DNA of 63,007 bases, filler included, from Octopus bimaculoides (lineage: Eukaryota): assembly GCF_001194135.2 (NCBI RefSeq). It is 4 parts of 4 records of this genome, joined end to end, with 100 filler letters (N's around TTAATTAATTAA, not from the genome) between each part and the next. Parts side by side here need not be neighbours in the genome. Positions count along the whole stretch, not along the records: positions 1 to 14,275 come from NC_068984.1; positions 14,376 to 25,460 come from NC_068999.1; 2 more parts are not named here. One strand, 5' to 3'. The position numbers and the translations under genes are program-made. The notes beneath the pieces were generated by a model, which was not told the origin of the DNA, searched no databases, and was given only the letters and a program-made list of their open reading frames with translations. Below are positions 11,545-24,842 of this stretch, piece after piece. The first letter of the stretch is position 1; each line of letters starts with the position of its first letter.

Positions 11545-12529
11545 ACGATAACACGAACAGTAGATGCTTCAACAATGGAATTCTTTATCGGAAAATATAT
11601 TAACAAAGAAGAGAGGCAAAGAGAGAGAAGGCAGGCAAAGAGACATTTGAAAAGGCTGTCGCAGAGTATAAGACTCGCAGTGAATTAAAATTTATCGTCT
11701 TGTTGAAAAGAATCCTCAACACCACATTTTGATAGGAAAAAAAAAATATATCAAAACCGGAATTTTTAGGATTTTTCTAGACAGTGGAGACTTTAATAAT
11801 AGCTTTCTGCGAATAAAAGTGACTTAATTCCTTTTAATAAATAACCAACTATCTCAATTATGGTATAAATAAAATAGTCTAAGTATATTTATTCTAAATT
11901 TAAAGAATTTTAAATGAGATTTTAAAGACTGATTCTATTTTTATGTGTAAACATCTTTATTGATCTTATTTTTATCTAGTTATCTTTCTTTTCTTTTTTT
12001 GCATCAACAGATATTTTTAAGGCTCTGCACCGGAGAATAGTGGCCGTACATTGTCCTGGCCTGGCATCATCAGATTAGTAGATACATAATAACATTGCAA
12101 AACTGCTGGAAATCCAGAATTCACTTCAGAGTCTCAAAGACAGCACTGTCTTTGACATATGCTTCCAAATCTCTCTGGTAAGTTATTAGAAATGTTTTTC
12201 CTTCTTCTTTGTATAAATAATAGAAACAGTCGTTATCTGGGAAGCATATTTAATGTAATGCTACGCAAAACAGGGTATGTTGGGGAGAGAGAGGGGGATG
12301 GGGTCAAGTAAGAAAGAAATAACAGAGAACTGTGAAAGAAGGTGGAGATAGAAAGGCTTTCATTAAAGATACTGCTGTTGTTGAGGACAGTAACAGGCCG
12401 TTATAATATTTAATGAAACAAAATGACATTATTTAACGAACGTTAATTCTGTTTAAAGAATAAATTTCAACTTTGACACACTGTAAGGTTGTTTATTAAG
12501 ACTACGATTAGCCTTGATCGAGGTGACCT
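11545..12529 (+). repeat. Old unclassified interspersed repeat, with partial homologs at 27135-27490 (+) and 4425-4900 (-)
   Basis: Shared blocks ACTACGATAACA.GAACA, GCAGTGAATTAAAATT and AAAATATATCAAA...GAATTTTTA with 27135-27490. 12140-12529 is the reverse-complement homolog of 4425-4900. Confidence 0.7.
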
Positions 12530-13119
12530 AAAAAAATTATATATACATACACATATTTACATGCATGCACACACGCGCACCTACATAAACATACACACAT
12601 ATAAGTACATATCTATACAAACATATATACATACATACATACCTATGAACACAAAGTTATATATATAGGTCTGTATGTATAGTGCGTATTTAAAAACGCA
12701 TCAAGATTCTCTCGCCTCTTCCATCCAAATACCTAATGGAATTAGTAAAGGTTAATGTACGGAGGGGGAGGCAGAGGAGGGGAGGCTGGCCCTTCATTTT
12801 GTAAAAACATGCAAAGATCAAAATTTTAATTTCTAACTCCTGTTAATCATCATCCCCGCCACCACCTCATCATCGTTTGTCAGAGATAATCTTTCCGCCA
12901 CCACCAGCACCTCTACTACCATCACCAACACCACCTTCTCCTTCTTCTCCTCCTCCTTATCAACATCATCAGCATTATCATCATCATCATCACCATCAAG
13001 AAGAGGAGGAGGTGGAGTCAATGGAGGAGGACGTGGATCCTTTATGAAAATCACCTCAAAAGAAAATTGCTCTAAACTTCATTTAACTTCGGCAATCGAC
13101 GTCGTCGTCGTCGTCGTCG

Positions 13120-13162
<43 letters not shown>

Positions 13163-14140
13163 TATTATTATATCACCCATCATCATCATCATCACCATCA
13201 GCATCATTTTATCCTCATGGTCGTTGCAGGCACCCTCTCTCCCATTCATATACACCAACATAAATATGCTTGCACATAGGTAGGTGTACATGTATGTATG
13301 TATGTATATATATGTATGTATGTATGCTATGTATGTATGAATGTATGTATGCATGTATGTTTGTATGAATGTATGTATGTATGTATGTATGTATGTATGT
13401 ACATTTTTATCTAAATATGAACATATATATTCTTGTAGGTGTATATATATGTATGCATACATGCATGTATGTATACATACGTATATGTATGTCTGTATTC
13501 ATGCATTTTTTTCATGTATATATATATGTGTTTATGTGTGTATGTATGTAGGTATGTGTATGCATGTGTGTGTATGTATGTATGTATGTATGCATGTATG
13601 TATGTATGTATGTGTGTGTGTGTATGTATATANNNNNNNNNNAATGTATGTATGTATGTATGTATGTATGTATGTACATTTTTATCTAAATATGAACATA
13701 TATATTCTTGTAGGTGTATATATATATGCATACATGCATGTATGTATACATACGTATATGTATGTCTGTATTCATGCATTTTTTTCATGTATATATGTAT
13801 GTGTTTATGTGTGTATGTATGTAGGTATGTGTATGCATGTGTGTGTATGTATGTATGTATGTATATATATATATATGTATGTATGCTATGTATGTATGTA
13901 TGTATGTGTGTGTATGTATATATGCATGTAGGTATGTGTGTATGTGTTGCTTTGGGATTTAAGTTCTGCGTAGAAAGTCGTTCTGCAAACAAATGTTTCT
14001 AAGGATTCGTGAATATATATGTTTGTACATGCGTGTGTATATCTGACTTGGTACATGTATATATGTGTGCGTGTGTGTGTATGTCTGTGTATGAATGCAT
14101 GTGCGCGTGTGTGTGCGCGTGTATGTAAGTTATTGTATGT

Positions 14141-14172
<32 letters not shown>

Positions 14173-14275
14173 AAATTGTCATCTAGTTGTGGGTAAATGA
14201 GTAGAAAGTGGACGCTAAATATGAGGAATATTTTATTTTTGCTAAATATGAGGAATATTATATTTTTGCATGGCT

Positions 14276-14375
14276 NNNNNNNNNNNNNNNNNNNNNNNNN
14301 NNNNNNNNNNNNNNNNNNNTTAATTAATTAANNNNNNNNNNNNNNNNNNNNNNNNNNNNNNNNNNNNNNNNNNNN
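14276..14375. other. Artificial scaffold join (44 N + TTAATTAATTAA + 44 N); identical joins at 25461-25560 and 49796-49895
   Basis: The same 100-nt construct occurs three times, and the 12-mer has stops in all six frames. Confidence 0.9.
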
Positions 14376-14436
<61 letters not shown>

Positions 14437-15119
14437 AGTAGTTTTCTCTTCTGCTTATATTATGATGTTGTTTCAATATTTTTCAAATATTGGTTATAAA
14501 TATAGTACTTGTTTTTGTACCTGGTTTGCTGTGTTAATTATATTGACGTAATGACTCTCCTTAGATCGTACTTCCTTTTTTTTCTTTTTATTGCTAATTC
14601 TAAGCCAGCCAGGGTCAAAGCAAAGGGCACCATACAGGCTCCTCCCCCCACCCCATATTCAATGTATTTAGCATCACATCATCCATATAGATTTTACATA
14701 CACAAATGAATCAAATAAGAACAAATATGCAAGACTTTTTTTCAAGTTTAAAATGCGACATTGTTTTTGTCATCTACATTCCACTCATATAAATACATAA
14801 AACAGGATACGTTAGCACACACACACGCACACACACACATACACACACACATACACAGGTTCATCCATTACCCTCTTCCACATCGACACGTCAAACAGCA
14901 CAAGCTCACACACACGCCTGCCTTCCCTCTTCCAATGCGACAGGAGTGTTTACAGTTGACAAGACAAGTGCTTTCAAAACCTGTTTTCTGATGGGATAAA
15001 AAATTTTCACGGAAATAGACGAAGATAATGGCAACTCTGAGACTGAATACGAGTACATGCATGCATGCATGCATACATACATACATACATACATACATAC
15101 ATACATACATACATAGCCT

Positions 15120-15176
<57 letters not shown>

Positions 15177-15319
15177 CATGTAGGACTTCGTTTGGCCCTA
15201 CCTGCCTGAGATTCGAAACCAAATCCACGTGCCTGTTGGTCGTCAAGCAAGCGGGAAATCCTTCGTTTGCATCTCCACACCGGATGATTAAAGGGAAACA
15301 CCTGAACTCCAAGGACTTG

Positions 15320-15966
15320 GGATCTATTTTAAAACGGGGGCCACAGTTTTCATTAATGTTTTACGTAGTGTTTTTGGTACCGAAAGACTTTCAAACTTCG
15401 TATACTTATCTATTTTGTGTTATAGAACAGAAAAATATTTTTGTATTCGAATTTATTTCATTTAAAAAATTGTCTTATTTCGATAATTTCAACCAATCAC
15501 TGACAAGTATTCAGTTGTTTACATTTACTCCTTTGGCTGATTAAGCGGTGTAAAGCGTATTTAAACTCCATAGCTTCGTTTTATTTGTTTTTTTCATTTT
15601 AAATTTGCTTTTTTCATTTTCTTTTTTTTTCTTCGTTTTATTTGCTTTTTTCTTTTTNNNNNNNNNNTGCCAATATGCTTCAGCCATTTTTTGACAAGGA
15701 AATAATAATTTTATCACCGATAGAATTGTTTCAGAATCGTTTGTTTATGTAGTCGGCACTTAATGTATATCGACTGAATGGACGTCAGTAATTGGTTGAA
15801 ATTACAGAAATACGACAACTTTAACATGGAATAACTTAGGGATTTATTTTTTTTTTTTAAGAATACTAAGAGAAAAAGATGTTTTATATGACACATTCTA
15901 CCAGTGTTCCAAGTTTCAAAGTGTTTCGTTAAGAAAATACTGTGGCCCCCGTTTTAAAATAGATCC
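15320..15966. mobile_element. Non-autonomous TIR element (MITE), Merlin-like
   Basis: Perfect 28-bp TIR GGATCTATTTTAAAACGGGGGCCACAGT extending imperfectly to about 200 bp. Exact 8-bp direct repeat AGGACTTG at 15312-15319 and 15967-15974. Confidence 0.75.
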
Positions 15967-18157
15967 AGGACTTGTGCTGGTCACAGAAAGGTCAGTCCTT
16001 TGTTTAGGATTTGATCTACATTCCTGGCCATAAATATATAAACGGAGGCCATTTACTTTCTCGCCCTCTTTTGTGTCAGCCATGACCAGGAGCAACACTT
16101 CCGTCCGTCCTTCACTCGCCATACGAAGAGAAGCTTTCGGCTGAAATCATGAAAGGACGATGCTACCGTTACCCTTTCTAACTCTCTTGTTAGCATAGTG
16201 CATTCCCTACACTTTCTCTCTCTACTAGCAGAAAGCAACATCCACAGTATCGACTACCAACCAGCAGCCGAACCTTTTGTTACTGTCACTACGATTATTG
16301 CTGTCTTACTAATCACTAGTCGGGCAAATAAAAAAATGTAAATAATATTCCTTCCTTTTTTTGTGTGTTATTCTTCAATGTTCTTCACTTGTTTCTCAGT
16401 CGTGATAATCTCAAGCGCTACAGCTACACGCTACCTTTGGTAGACGGCTACAACATACCAAGCCAAAGCATAACATTAGCCGCTACAATTAGCGACCCCG
16501 AGCTAAAGAATTGCAGCCTTTGCTTGAACCGTCTTCACATCTATCGATTACATTTGGTAACCCCTACTGCAAGAATTACAGCTTTCTGATTCTACATAGC
16601 ACATCATTTCGCTGCATCGCATGACCTCGTGAAAACACTTATAGCCTTCACGTCATGTCCGTCACATCGAAGACAAGAATAACGACTTTCACTACACACA
16701 ATTTTCGTTTCGACTGTCACACAAGACGAAGGAAAAGAACTCGTCGACACAATGGACACCCACAATTCATTTTCGATCTGCCAGAGAATGCACTACAACC
16801 CGATGCACAGATCCACCAGAGAAACCGCTGACATAAGTAAATACAGCATTTCCAACAGCTATCCGACCAAGAACTAACTGGATAAATCTATAGAAGCCCA
16901 CACAAGCAATGTTTTCGACAGCCACAGACTGCTCGATCAAATCCTGCATTTAACCTGCATGCCACTCAAACTCTCATACATAGACTTGAACTTTCTTTGC
17001 ATGCACCATTTCAAATGCTACTTTTTAGCTTTTCAGGACCAGGACAACTTTCTAGCCAAGTTTGTCATTTCTGCTTATTTCATTCTGTTTTGTTTGCACT
17101 GTACACCTTCATTTATTTACACGTAACACTCAATTCCGCGACGATTCGTTTCACTAAAACAAACTGAATTCAAATGCATATGTTTTTGAATGTTCTATAT
17201 TTTTATAATGTTTTTCTCGTTGGCCATTGGCATTGCACATTTCATATATAATGATCAAAGACATCATTTGCTTCTTTAGTAGTGTTTTTAAAGACGTTGT
17301 GTGAGGATGATGAAAAATGTGTTTTGGCGTTGTAGGTAAGTTTTAAGATACACAGTTTTAGAGTTTGGTTTTGTGAGGTACGGGTAGACAGACATCTTAA
17401 AGCCGAATGGTGACCTTGTATATTTACTTTCTTTTAGAATTAAGATTAATCTGTTGCCATAAAAATTAAGATTTATAAATGCTGGATGAAGTGTAAGTGG
17501 AGATAAAACATTTTTCTTTTCTCAGTGACCATTACACAACTGCCACAACTCCTATTGTTATATCCACTGTGTTTTCTATTTCTAACGATCGAATTACTTT
17601 CCAACTGACGTAGACGGCTGACGCTTAAAGGCTGTGTCTTAGAATTAATCATAGAAGCAAAGAAATAAGGTATTGGAAACCAAATATAAGTTAAAGCCGA
17701 GATTAAATTATGACAATCGTTGGAATATAGTTTACTTTAATATCTATCTGTGTATATATAAGCCAGGCTTATATAGAGACGATAAACTTAAAAGACGGGA
17801 TTAGAGCAATCCAGATAAAATAAACGCTGAATGGTCTATAAAACAAATATTTATTCATGTTTCTAACGACAGCAACCACAAACAATCAATATGTGACTTG
17901 CTACCAAGACAGAGTTATCTCTAGTGCTAAATATCTAATCGTAATTTCAAAACAAGTATGTAATTTAAACTGTTAATTTAATGTTTAAATAACCTAACTT
18001 AAGTTGTGGAAACGATGTGAATTTCTTAAATTATTTGAAGTTTTCTTATTCAATTATGTATTTATCGAAAATGTACGTTCTGCCTCTAAATAAAATATAT
18101 AGAATGCTGACATCTAGTTTCGTTTCCCTCTATCAAAATTATTTATTCTTTAATTGA

Positions 18158-18548
18158 TTGTTGTTGTTGGCACTCCGTCGCTTACGACGTCGAAGGTTCC
18201 AGTTGTTCCGATCAACGGAACAGCCAGCTCGTGAAATTAACGTGCAAGTGACTGAGCACTCCCCAGACACGTGTACCCTTAATGTAGTTCTCGGGGATAT
18301 TCAGTGTGACACAGAGTGTGACAAGGCTGACCCTTTGGATTACAGGCACAACAGAAACAGGAAGTAAGAGTGAGAGAAAGTTGTGGTGAAAGAGTACAGC
18401 AGGGTTTGCCATCATCTCTTGCCGGAGCCTCGTGAAGCTTTAGGTGTTTTCGCTCAATAAACACTCACAACGCCCGGTCTGCGTATCGAAACCGCGATCC
18501 TATGACCACGAGTCCGCTGCCCTAACCACTGGGTCATTGCGCCTCCAC
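18158..18548 (-). mobile_element. SINE family A copy
   Basis: Reverse complement of 938-1324 over its full length. Confidence 0.9.
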
Positions 18549-18983
18549 TGCCATATGTCTATCTAATCAGTATCAATATGCACTATATCAACATAATGGA
18601 GCATGCCAGATGAAGGATGCCATTGTTAACAAATGTCATCATCATTTTTTTATGCGAGAGACCGATATGTACTTAATTAATTATCAGATTGCACTTTTGG
18701 TTTTCTGTACTCATTGACGTATGCCAGTCGCGAGTGGGGTGCACCGGACGGCACTGCCCCCTCAATTTTCAATGGTGCACTCTCAGATTTACAGTGTTAC
18801 ACTTATTTCGAAACTCCACTTCAGCATTATTACAAATAAGTGCCCAACCAGAATATTCTGAAGAACCTTCAGGCACCAAAGTCTGGCGACGGGCCTGAAT
18901 GTTGGCACACGACAACATTAATATGGTATATATAACTGGGAGCAATGACGTACATCTATCTAGCCGATATCAATATTGTACTG

Positions 18984-19015
<32 letters not shown>

Positions 19016-19145
19016 CAGATAGAAAAATGGCTGGATGGATGGATGGATGGATCCGGCATCACTATTGTATATATATGTGTGTTTATATACATATATGTAT
19101 ATACGTGTGTATATATATATATCAATATGTGCGTGTATATGTGTG

Positions 19146-19195
<50 letters not shown>

Positions 19196-20185
19196 NNNNN
19201 NNNNNNNNNNNNNNNNNNNNNNNNNNNNNNNNNNNNNNNNNNNNNNNNNNNNNNNNNNNNNNNNNNNNNNNNNNNNNNNNNNNNNNNNNNNNNNNNNNNN
19301 NNNNNNNNNNNNNNNNNNNNNNNNNNNNNNNNNNNNNNNNNNNNNNNNNNNNNNNNNNNNNNNNNNNNNNNNNNNNNNNNNNNNNNNNNNNNNNNNNNNN
19401 NNNNNNNNNNNNNNNNNNNNNNNNNNNNNNNNNNNNNNNNNNNNNNNNNNNNNNNNNNNNNNNNNNNNNNNNNNNNNNNNNNNNNNNNNNNNNNNNNNNN
19501 NNNNNNNNNNNNNNNNNNNNNNNNNNNNNNNNNNNNNNNNNNNNNNNNNNNNNNNNNNNNNNNNNNNNNNNNNNNNNNNNNNNNNNNNNNNNNNNNNNNN
19601 NNNNNNNNNNNNNNNNNNNNNNNNNNNNNNNNNNNNNNNNNNNNNNNNNNNNNNNNNNNNNNNNNNNNNNNNNNNNNNNNNNNNNNNNNNNNNNNNNNNN
19701 NNNNNNNNNNNNNNNNNNNNNNNNNNNNNNNNNNNNNNNNNNNNNNNNNNNNNNNNNNNNNNNNNNNNNNNNNNNNNNNNNNNNNNNNNNNNNNNNNNNN
19801 NNNNNNNNNNNNNNNNNNNNNNNNNNNNNNNNNNNNNNNNNNNNNNNNNNNGTGTGTGTGTGTGTGTGTGTGTATCTTCACTTTATAAGAAAGCAAAAAG
19901 AAATTTTAGGCATATTTAGCTAGTATTCCTAGCAGTTCGAGTTCCTTTGTTAGTACTGATATCTATATATTTACCAGTTAATCTACAAATTAATTTCGTT
20001 GCTATTATGCAAAAGTTTCGTAAGTCCAAAACGTTGCTTTTTTCAGAAAACGAAAAAATAGTTTGACCATTCTATAGCAAAACCGTTGTACTATACTTTG
20101 ACAATTTTTAATTTCTTGGCAATTGAAGCAGCTGGAAATACAATAGTTTGACGAAAAGAACCGGCTACTGCAAGCAAAAATAAAT

Positions 20186-20338
20186 ATTCTTTTCTACTCA
20201 AGGCACAAGGTCCGAAATTTCTGGGGAGGGGGCCAGTCGATTAGATCGACCCCAGTACGCAACTGGTACTTAATATATCGATCCCGAAAGGATGAAAGGC
20301 AAAGTCGACCTCGGCGGAATTTGAACTCAGAACGTAAT
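20186..20338 (-). mobile_element. SINE family B copy (partial)
   Basis: Reverse complement of the family B core and tail. Confidence 0.85.
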
Positions 20339-20530
20339 GGCCGGAACGTGATTTAGTGATTTCGGATTTTCATGTCGACTATCTTAATCCTCATCAGCGA
20401 TTCTTAACGCCTAGGGTTAAACTCAACTACCGCGGTTTTTATCATATATATATATACATACATACATACATTATCTACATTTGATGGATATCTGACGCCA
20501 TTATTTACATTTGACGGATATTTGACGCCA

Positions 20531-20691
20531 TATGGCGTAGTGATTAAGAGCGTGGGCTACCAACCTCAAGATTCCGAGTTCGATTCCAGGCAGTGACCTG
20601 TATAATAATAATAATAATAATAATAATAAAACCAACCACAACAACATCGAAAAATACCTTAGGAATGAGAACCCAGGTTCGAAATTTCTCC
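20531..20691 (+). mobile_element. tRNA-headed SINE of a fourth type with an (AAT)n spacer
   Basis: TGGCGTAGTG (A-box) ... GAGTTCGATTCC (B-box), then (AAT)n and AACATCGAAAAATACCTTAGGAATGAGAACCCAGG, running into a gap. Confidence 0.6.
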
Positions 20692-20701
20692 NNNNNNNNN
20701 N

Positions 20702-20740
<39 letters not shown>

Positions 20741-20765
20741 GTATATATGTACGTAAGTATGTATG

Positions 20766-20797
<32 letters not shown>

Positions 20798-21349
20798 TAC
20801 AGTAAGCTTCTTTTAGTTTCCTTCTACCAAATCAACTCACAAGGTTTTGGTCGGCCTGGTGCTATAAGTAGATGACACTTGCCGAGATGACACGCAGTGG
20901 GACTGAACCCGGAACTATGTGATTGGGAAGCAGGGTTTTTATCACACATATATACATAGATGCCTGTATGTATATTTCGGTTTTATGTCATATGAGAAAA
21001 TTGTCAGTTGGACAGGTGAACTGAAAATTAGTTTACCGTTACATATGGGATTGAATAAATAAATATATATTAATCATTACGTAAATATTAGCACAGACTA
21101 TCAGTAAATGTTATGGTTGGGGAAAAAAACTAGAACTGAAAGAAAAACAAGCTTAATTTGATTTGAAAATTTCTAGTTTCTAATGCCCTCACCGACACTC
21201 AAATATGCACTTGTTGTAAAAAGAAAAGTTCGAATAAATAAATAAATAAATAAATAAATAAACTAAACTTTTTAGGTTATTTTCATTTCGCTCATCAATG
21301 TAAAAAAAATCCATGACTATGAAAAATGTTTTTATAAAGTATCATATTA

Positions 21350-22515
21350 GTTTCAAATTTTGGTACAAGGTCAGCAAGTTTGAGGGGCAGGGAGTCCATT
21401 ACATTGACCCTCGTGTTCAACTGGTATTTATTTTATCGACCTCGAAAGGTAAAGTCGACCTCGACGGAATTTGAACTCAGAGAGCGTAAAGGTGGACTAA
21501 ATGCCGGTAAGCATTTTTGCCCGGGGTGCTAACGATTGTGCCACCTCGCAGCCTTCATAAAGAAGCGTACTAAACGGATCATTATATCGTGTGAATAGTC
21601 TTCTAATCCTTTCTACTATAAACATTAGGCCTGAAATATGAGGTAGGAGCTAGTCGATTACATCGAGTCCGGTACTTAGCTGGTGTCTATTTTATAGATC
21701 GCGAAAGGATGAAAGCAAAGTCGATTAGGGCAAAATTTAAATTCAAAACGTAAAGCCTGAATGTTTATTCAGGCTGAGCGTTTTGTTCGGTTCGTTAACG
21801 ATTCTACCAACTCGTCGCTTTATGGTTTCAAATATTAGCACTAGGCCAACAATTTTTGTAGGAGGGGACTAGTCGATTACATCGACACTAGTTCTCATTT
21901 GGTACTTATTTTATGGACCATGAGAGAAAAAATGAAGTCCACCTCGGAAGAATTTGAACTCAAAGCATAAAGCCGGAAGAAATACCGCTATGCATTTTTA
22001 TCCGACGTATGAACGTTTCTGCTAGCTTGTTGTTTTATAATAATAATGATGGAGAAGACGACGCATGAGCGTTCAGCTTTTGCTGAACGACCTGCACAAA
22101 TGATTTGTTTATAGGGATCAAATGTTCGTGCCGCACATTAGTTCACTTTCTTCCCACTTCGGCGTTGTCAGAACAGGAGCACTGTGCACTACGCGTCAGG
22201 TGTCAAAGGGATCGCAAAGCAACGTGAGGTGAAGTGTTTTGCTCAAGAACACAACATATCACCTGGTCTAGAAATTGAAATAATATTTGTAATAATAATA
22301 ATAATCCTTTCTATTAAAGGCACAAGGCCTGAAATTTGGGGGAGGAGGATAATCGATTACATCGACCCCAGTACTCAACTAGTACTTAATTTATTGACCC
22401 CTAAAGGATGAAAGGCAAAATGGACCTCGGTGGAATTTGAACTCAGAATGTAGCAACGGGCGAAATACCGCTAAGCATTTCGTCCAGCCTGCTAACGATT
22501 CTGCCAGTTTGCCAC
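21350..22515 (-). mobile_element. Cluster of four same-orientation SINE family B copies
   Basis: The core ...GATTACATCGACCCCAGT...AAAGTCGACCTCGGCGGAATTTGAACTC... recurs at about 21390, 21650, 21870 and 22350. Confidence 0.8.
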
Positions 22516-22519
22516 ATTA

Positions 22520-23105
22520 ATAATGATGATGATGATGATGTCCTGATACAGTACCAAACACTGGCTCTCATGGCTTCTGATCTTAACTGATCGGAAGTGT
22601 TATTATGTAGATGTTTTTTTCTTGGTATGAAAGATAGGTTACAGCAAATATTCTGCTCAGTACCACAGATTTGCTTGTCAGTCGCTTGACCTTGACCACT
22701 TGAGCATGTCCTTTGGTGGCTAACGATATGTGCATCTCTGATCACGAGTAGAAGTAGTGGAGGAGCATCATAGCTATGTGTTGAGGGGAATTCTTTGGAG
22801 TTTGAATAATTCACCTCTTTAAACATTGGTGTTTTGTTCAACATCTTTAAACAACCCTTATTCAGGAGGTGGAATACTCGACCTGAAGAAAATTCTAACT
22901 GGGCCCCACCTAGGAGGTCATGTGCTGTTTATCTTGATATGAGATCAACATGTCACGCACATATGGTTGTGATGCATGTGTCTGGTGTACCCTTATCAGA
23001 CGGGCAGACATGATGGCTATATTGGGCTTCGTATATTTTACTCCAGTGTCACTTTGATGGCATGCACTGCTCTCTCACTCAATAATTATGATGATGATGA
23101 TGATG
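22520..23105. repeat. Unclassified interspersed repeat
   Basis: The segment at about 22735-22810 recurs at about 39408-39480 (GTAGTGGGGGAG..TCATAGC..TTGAG.G..ATTCTTTGG.GTTTGAATAA); flanked by ATG-type repeats. Confidence 0.55.
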
Positions 23106-23119
23106 ATGATGAGGATAAC

Positions 23120-23370
23120 AATCCTTTCTACTATAGGCACAAGGCCTGAAATTTGGAGAAAGGGGACTAGTCGATTTCATCAACCCCGGTGCTCAACTTA
23201 GCAGCATTTCGTCCGTCTTTACTTTCTGCGTTCAAACTCTACCGAGGCCGACTTTGCTTTTCATCCTTTCGGAGTGGATAAATAAGTATCAGTTGACCAC
23301 TGGAATTCATGTATTCAACTTGCTCCCTCTCTCGCCATTGTTGGCCTAGTGCGAAAATTTGAAACCAATT
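23120..23370. mobile_element. Two SINE family B fragments in opposite orientation
   Basis: Minus-strand tail at 23120-23200 fused to a plus-strand core and tail at 23200-23370. Confidence 0.65.
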
Positions 23371-23551
23371 TAGAGAATTCTTTACTCCCGGGATTATCGC
23401 CCCTTCTCATTTGGAACTGGTCGTAATTGCCGTCAGGCGATAACATACTTTGCCTTCTCTGGAAGCTGAGTAAATTTCAATAAATCAAGAACGTAGAATT
23501 TATGCTGTCTGATATCTAATTTTCATTTGTTTGTTTTTATTTGTACATACA

Positions 23552-24333
23552 TGCCACACTGAAGATATCACCCACATCATAAGCAGTTGTCCGAAAATGT
23601 CATCACGGTATTATCCACCGATGGGATATGATGTTGTAGTGAGGACACTCTATAATGAAATCCGTCGGAAGGATAACCCCGAAGACAAAGAAATAAAAAC
23701 CCAAAGTATGGTAGAAGCCATAGCCACTCGTGATAAAAAGGAGTACTGGTGGAATGTCCCAGTGAAGACCGCAACAAAATATAAGCACAACATGCCTGAT
23801 CTGATTATTTGAGATAGAGAGAAGAGAAATTGTGTACAGTTGTGGAAATTAGCTGCCCAGCGGATGTTAACATAAAGCTGAAGATCAGTGAAAAAGAGAA
23901 TACCTACGCTGAACTATTGAGAAATCTGCAGTTACTCTATCCAGATTACAAGTTCAGGTTTATACCTGTAATTATTGGGGCCCTGGGATATGTGACAATG
24001 CCAATCTTGAGAAATTAGGCTTCTCAAAACCAGAAAGGAGAAAGCTAATTCGAAGACTACAAATCCAATCTACCACTGGAACTGTAAAAATCTGTGAAAC
24101 TTTCCAGAAGTTTATCATTTAAATATATATGAGCATGTCTAGATATGCAACTATATGCATGAGAATATATAGACATACAAATTTGCACATACATAATACA
24201 TACATACATGCATGCGTACAGACAAAAATACCCTGTTGCTGATGTTGAAATTTCAATTAAGGAGCCTTGGATCTAGGTTAGAAACTGGTTCTTTCTCTAT
24301 TGGCAAGAAATCTTGAAATAAACTGAATAATGA
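23552..24333 (+). mobile_element. 5'-truncated R4/Dong-like non-LTR retrotransposon: CCHC knuckle, restriction-like (PD..ExSC) endonuclease, 3' UTR
   Basis: CHTEDITHIISSCPKMSSRYY (end of the CCHC motif), YWWNVPVKT..KHNMPDLII, VVEISCPAD..KISEKENTY, FRFIPVIIGALGYVT. Frameshifts and stops present. Ends TGAATAATGA followed by (ATAC)n. Confidence 0.85.
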
Positions 24334-24392
24334 CGTACATACATACATACATACATACATACATACATACATACATACATACACGCGCGCGC

Positions 24393-24459
<67 letters not shown>

Positions 24460-24842
24460 GAGCTACATATTATTAAAGCTTATGATTTGAAAAATGCTGA
24501 ATAATTTCTCTTTTTCTATGTATGTATGTAATATATCAATTTAATACTTTAATCCGACTTAATCCGCCTCTTACTTTAACACCACCACCTGGTCGTATGA
24601 CACTTTTATAGAAATCATTCTGTTGCAAGCATTCAAGCTAGGTATCCCGGCTGAGGATAACTTCCTTCCGTTCACAGAAGCCTTAAAAAGGGTCATGATC
24701 ATAACCCTTTTTCCTTCGGATATACCATTAAAATGTATGTATAGTGGTAAGGACACTTTCACATCTTCAATGTAAAGCAGTTCATAACATTAACCAAAGA
24801 CTAAATACAACGGGATGTATAATTCAGTCTAACTCAATTACA

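Noticed and set aside
13342-13930. Tandem duplication of about 300 bp
   Set aside because: Two near-identical copies meet at a 10-N gap; most likely unmerged contig overlap or allelic haplotypes.
14320-14331. TTAATTAATTAA palindrome (also 25505-25516 and 49840-49851) as a biological motif
   Set aside because: Always centred in an identical 100-nt N block, so it is an assembly spacer.
16240-17000. CpG-rich unique region as a possible retroelement ORF
   Set aside because: Frames are interrupted and I could not identify any diagnostic motif.
24570-24780. Stop-free stretch in unique sequence as a possible exon
   Set aside because: No recognisable homology on either strand and no convincing splice-site pair.
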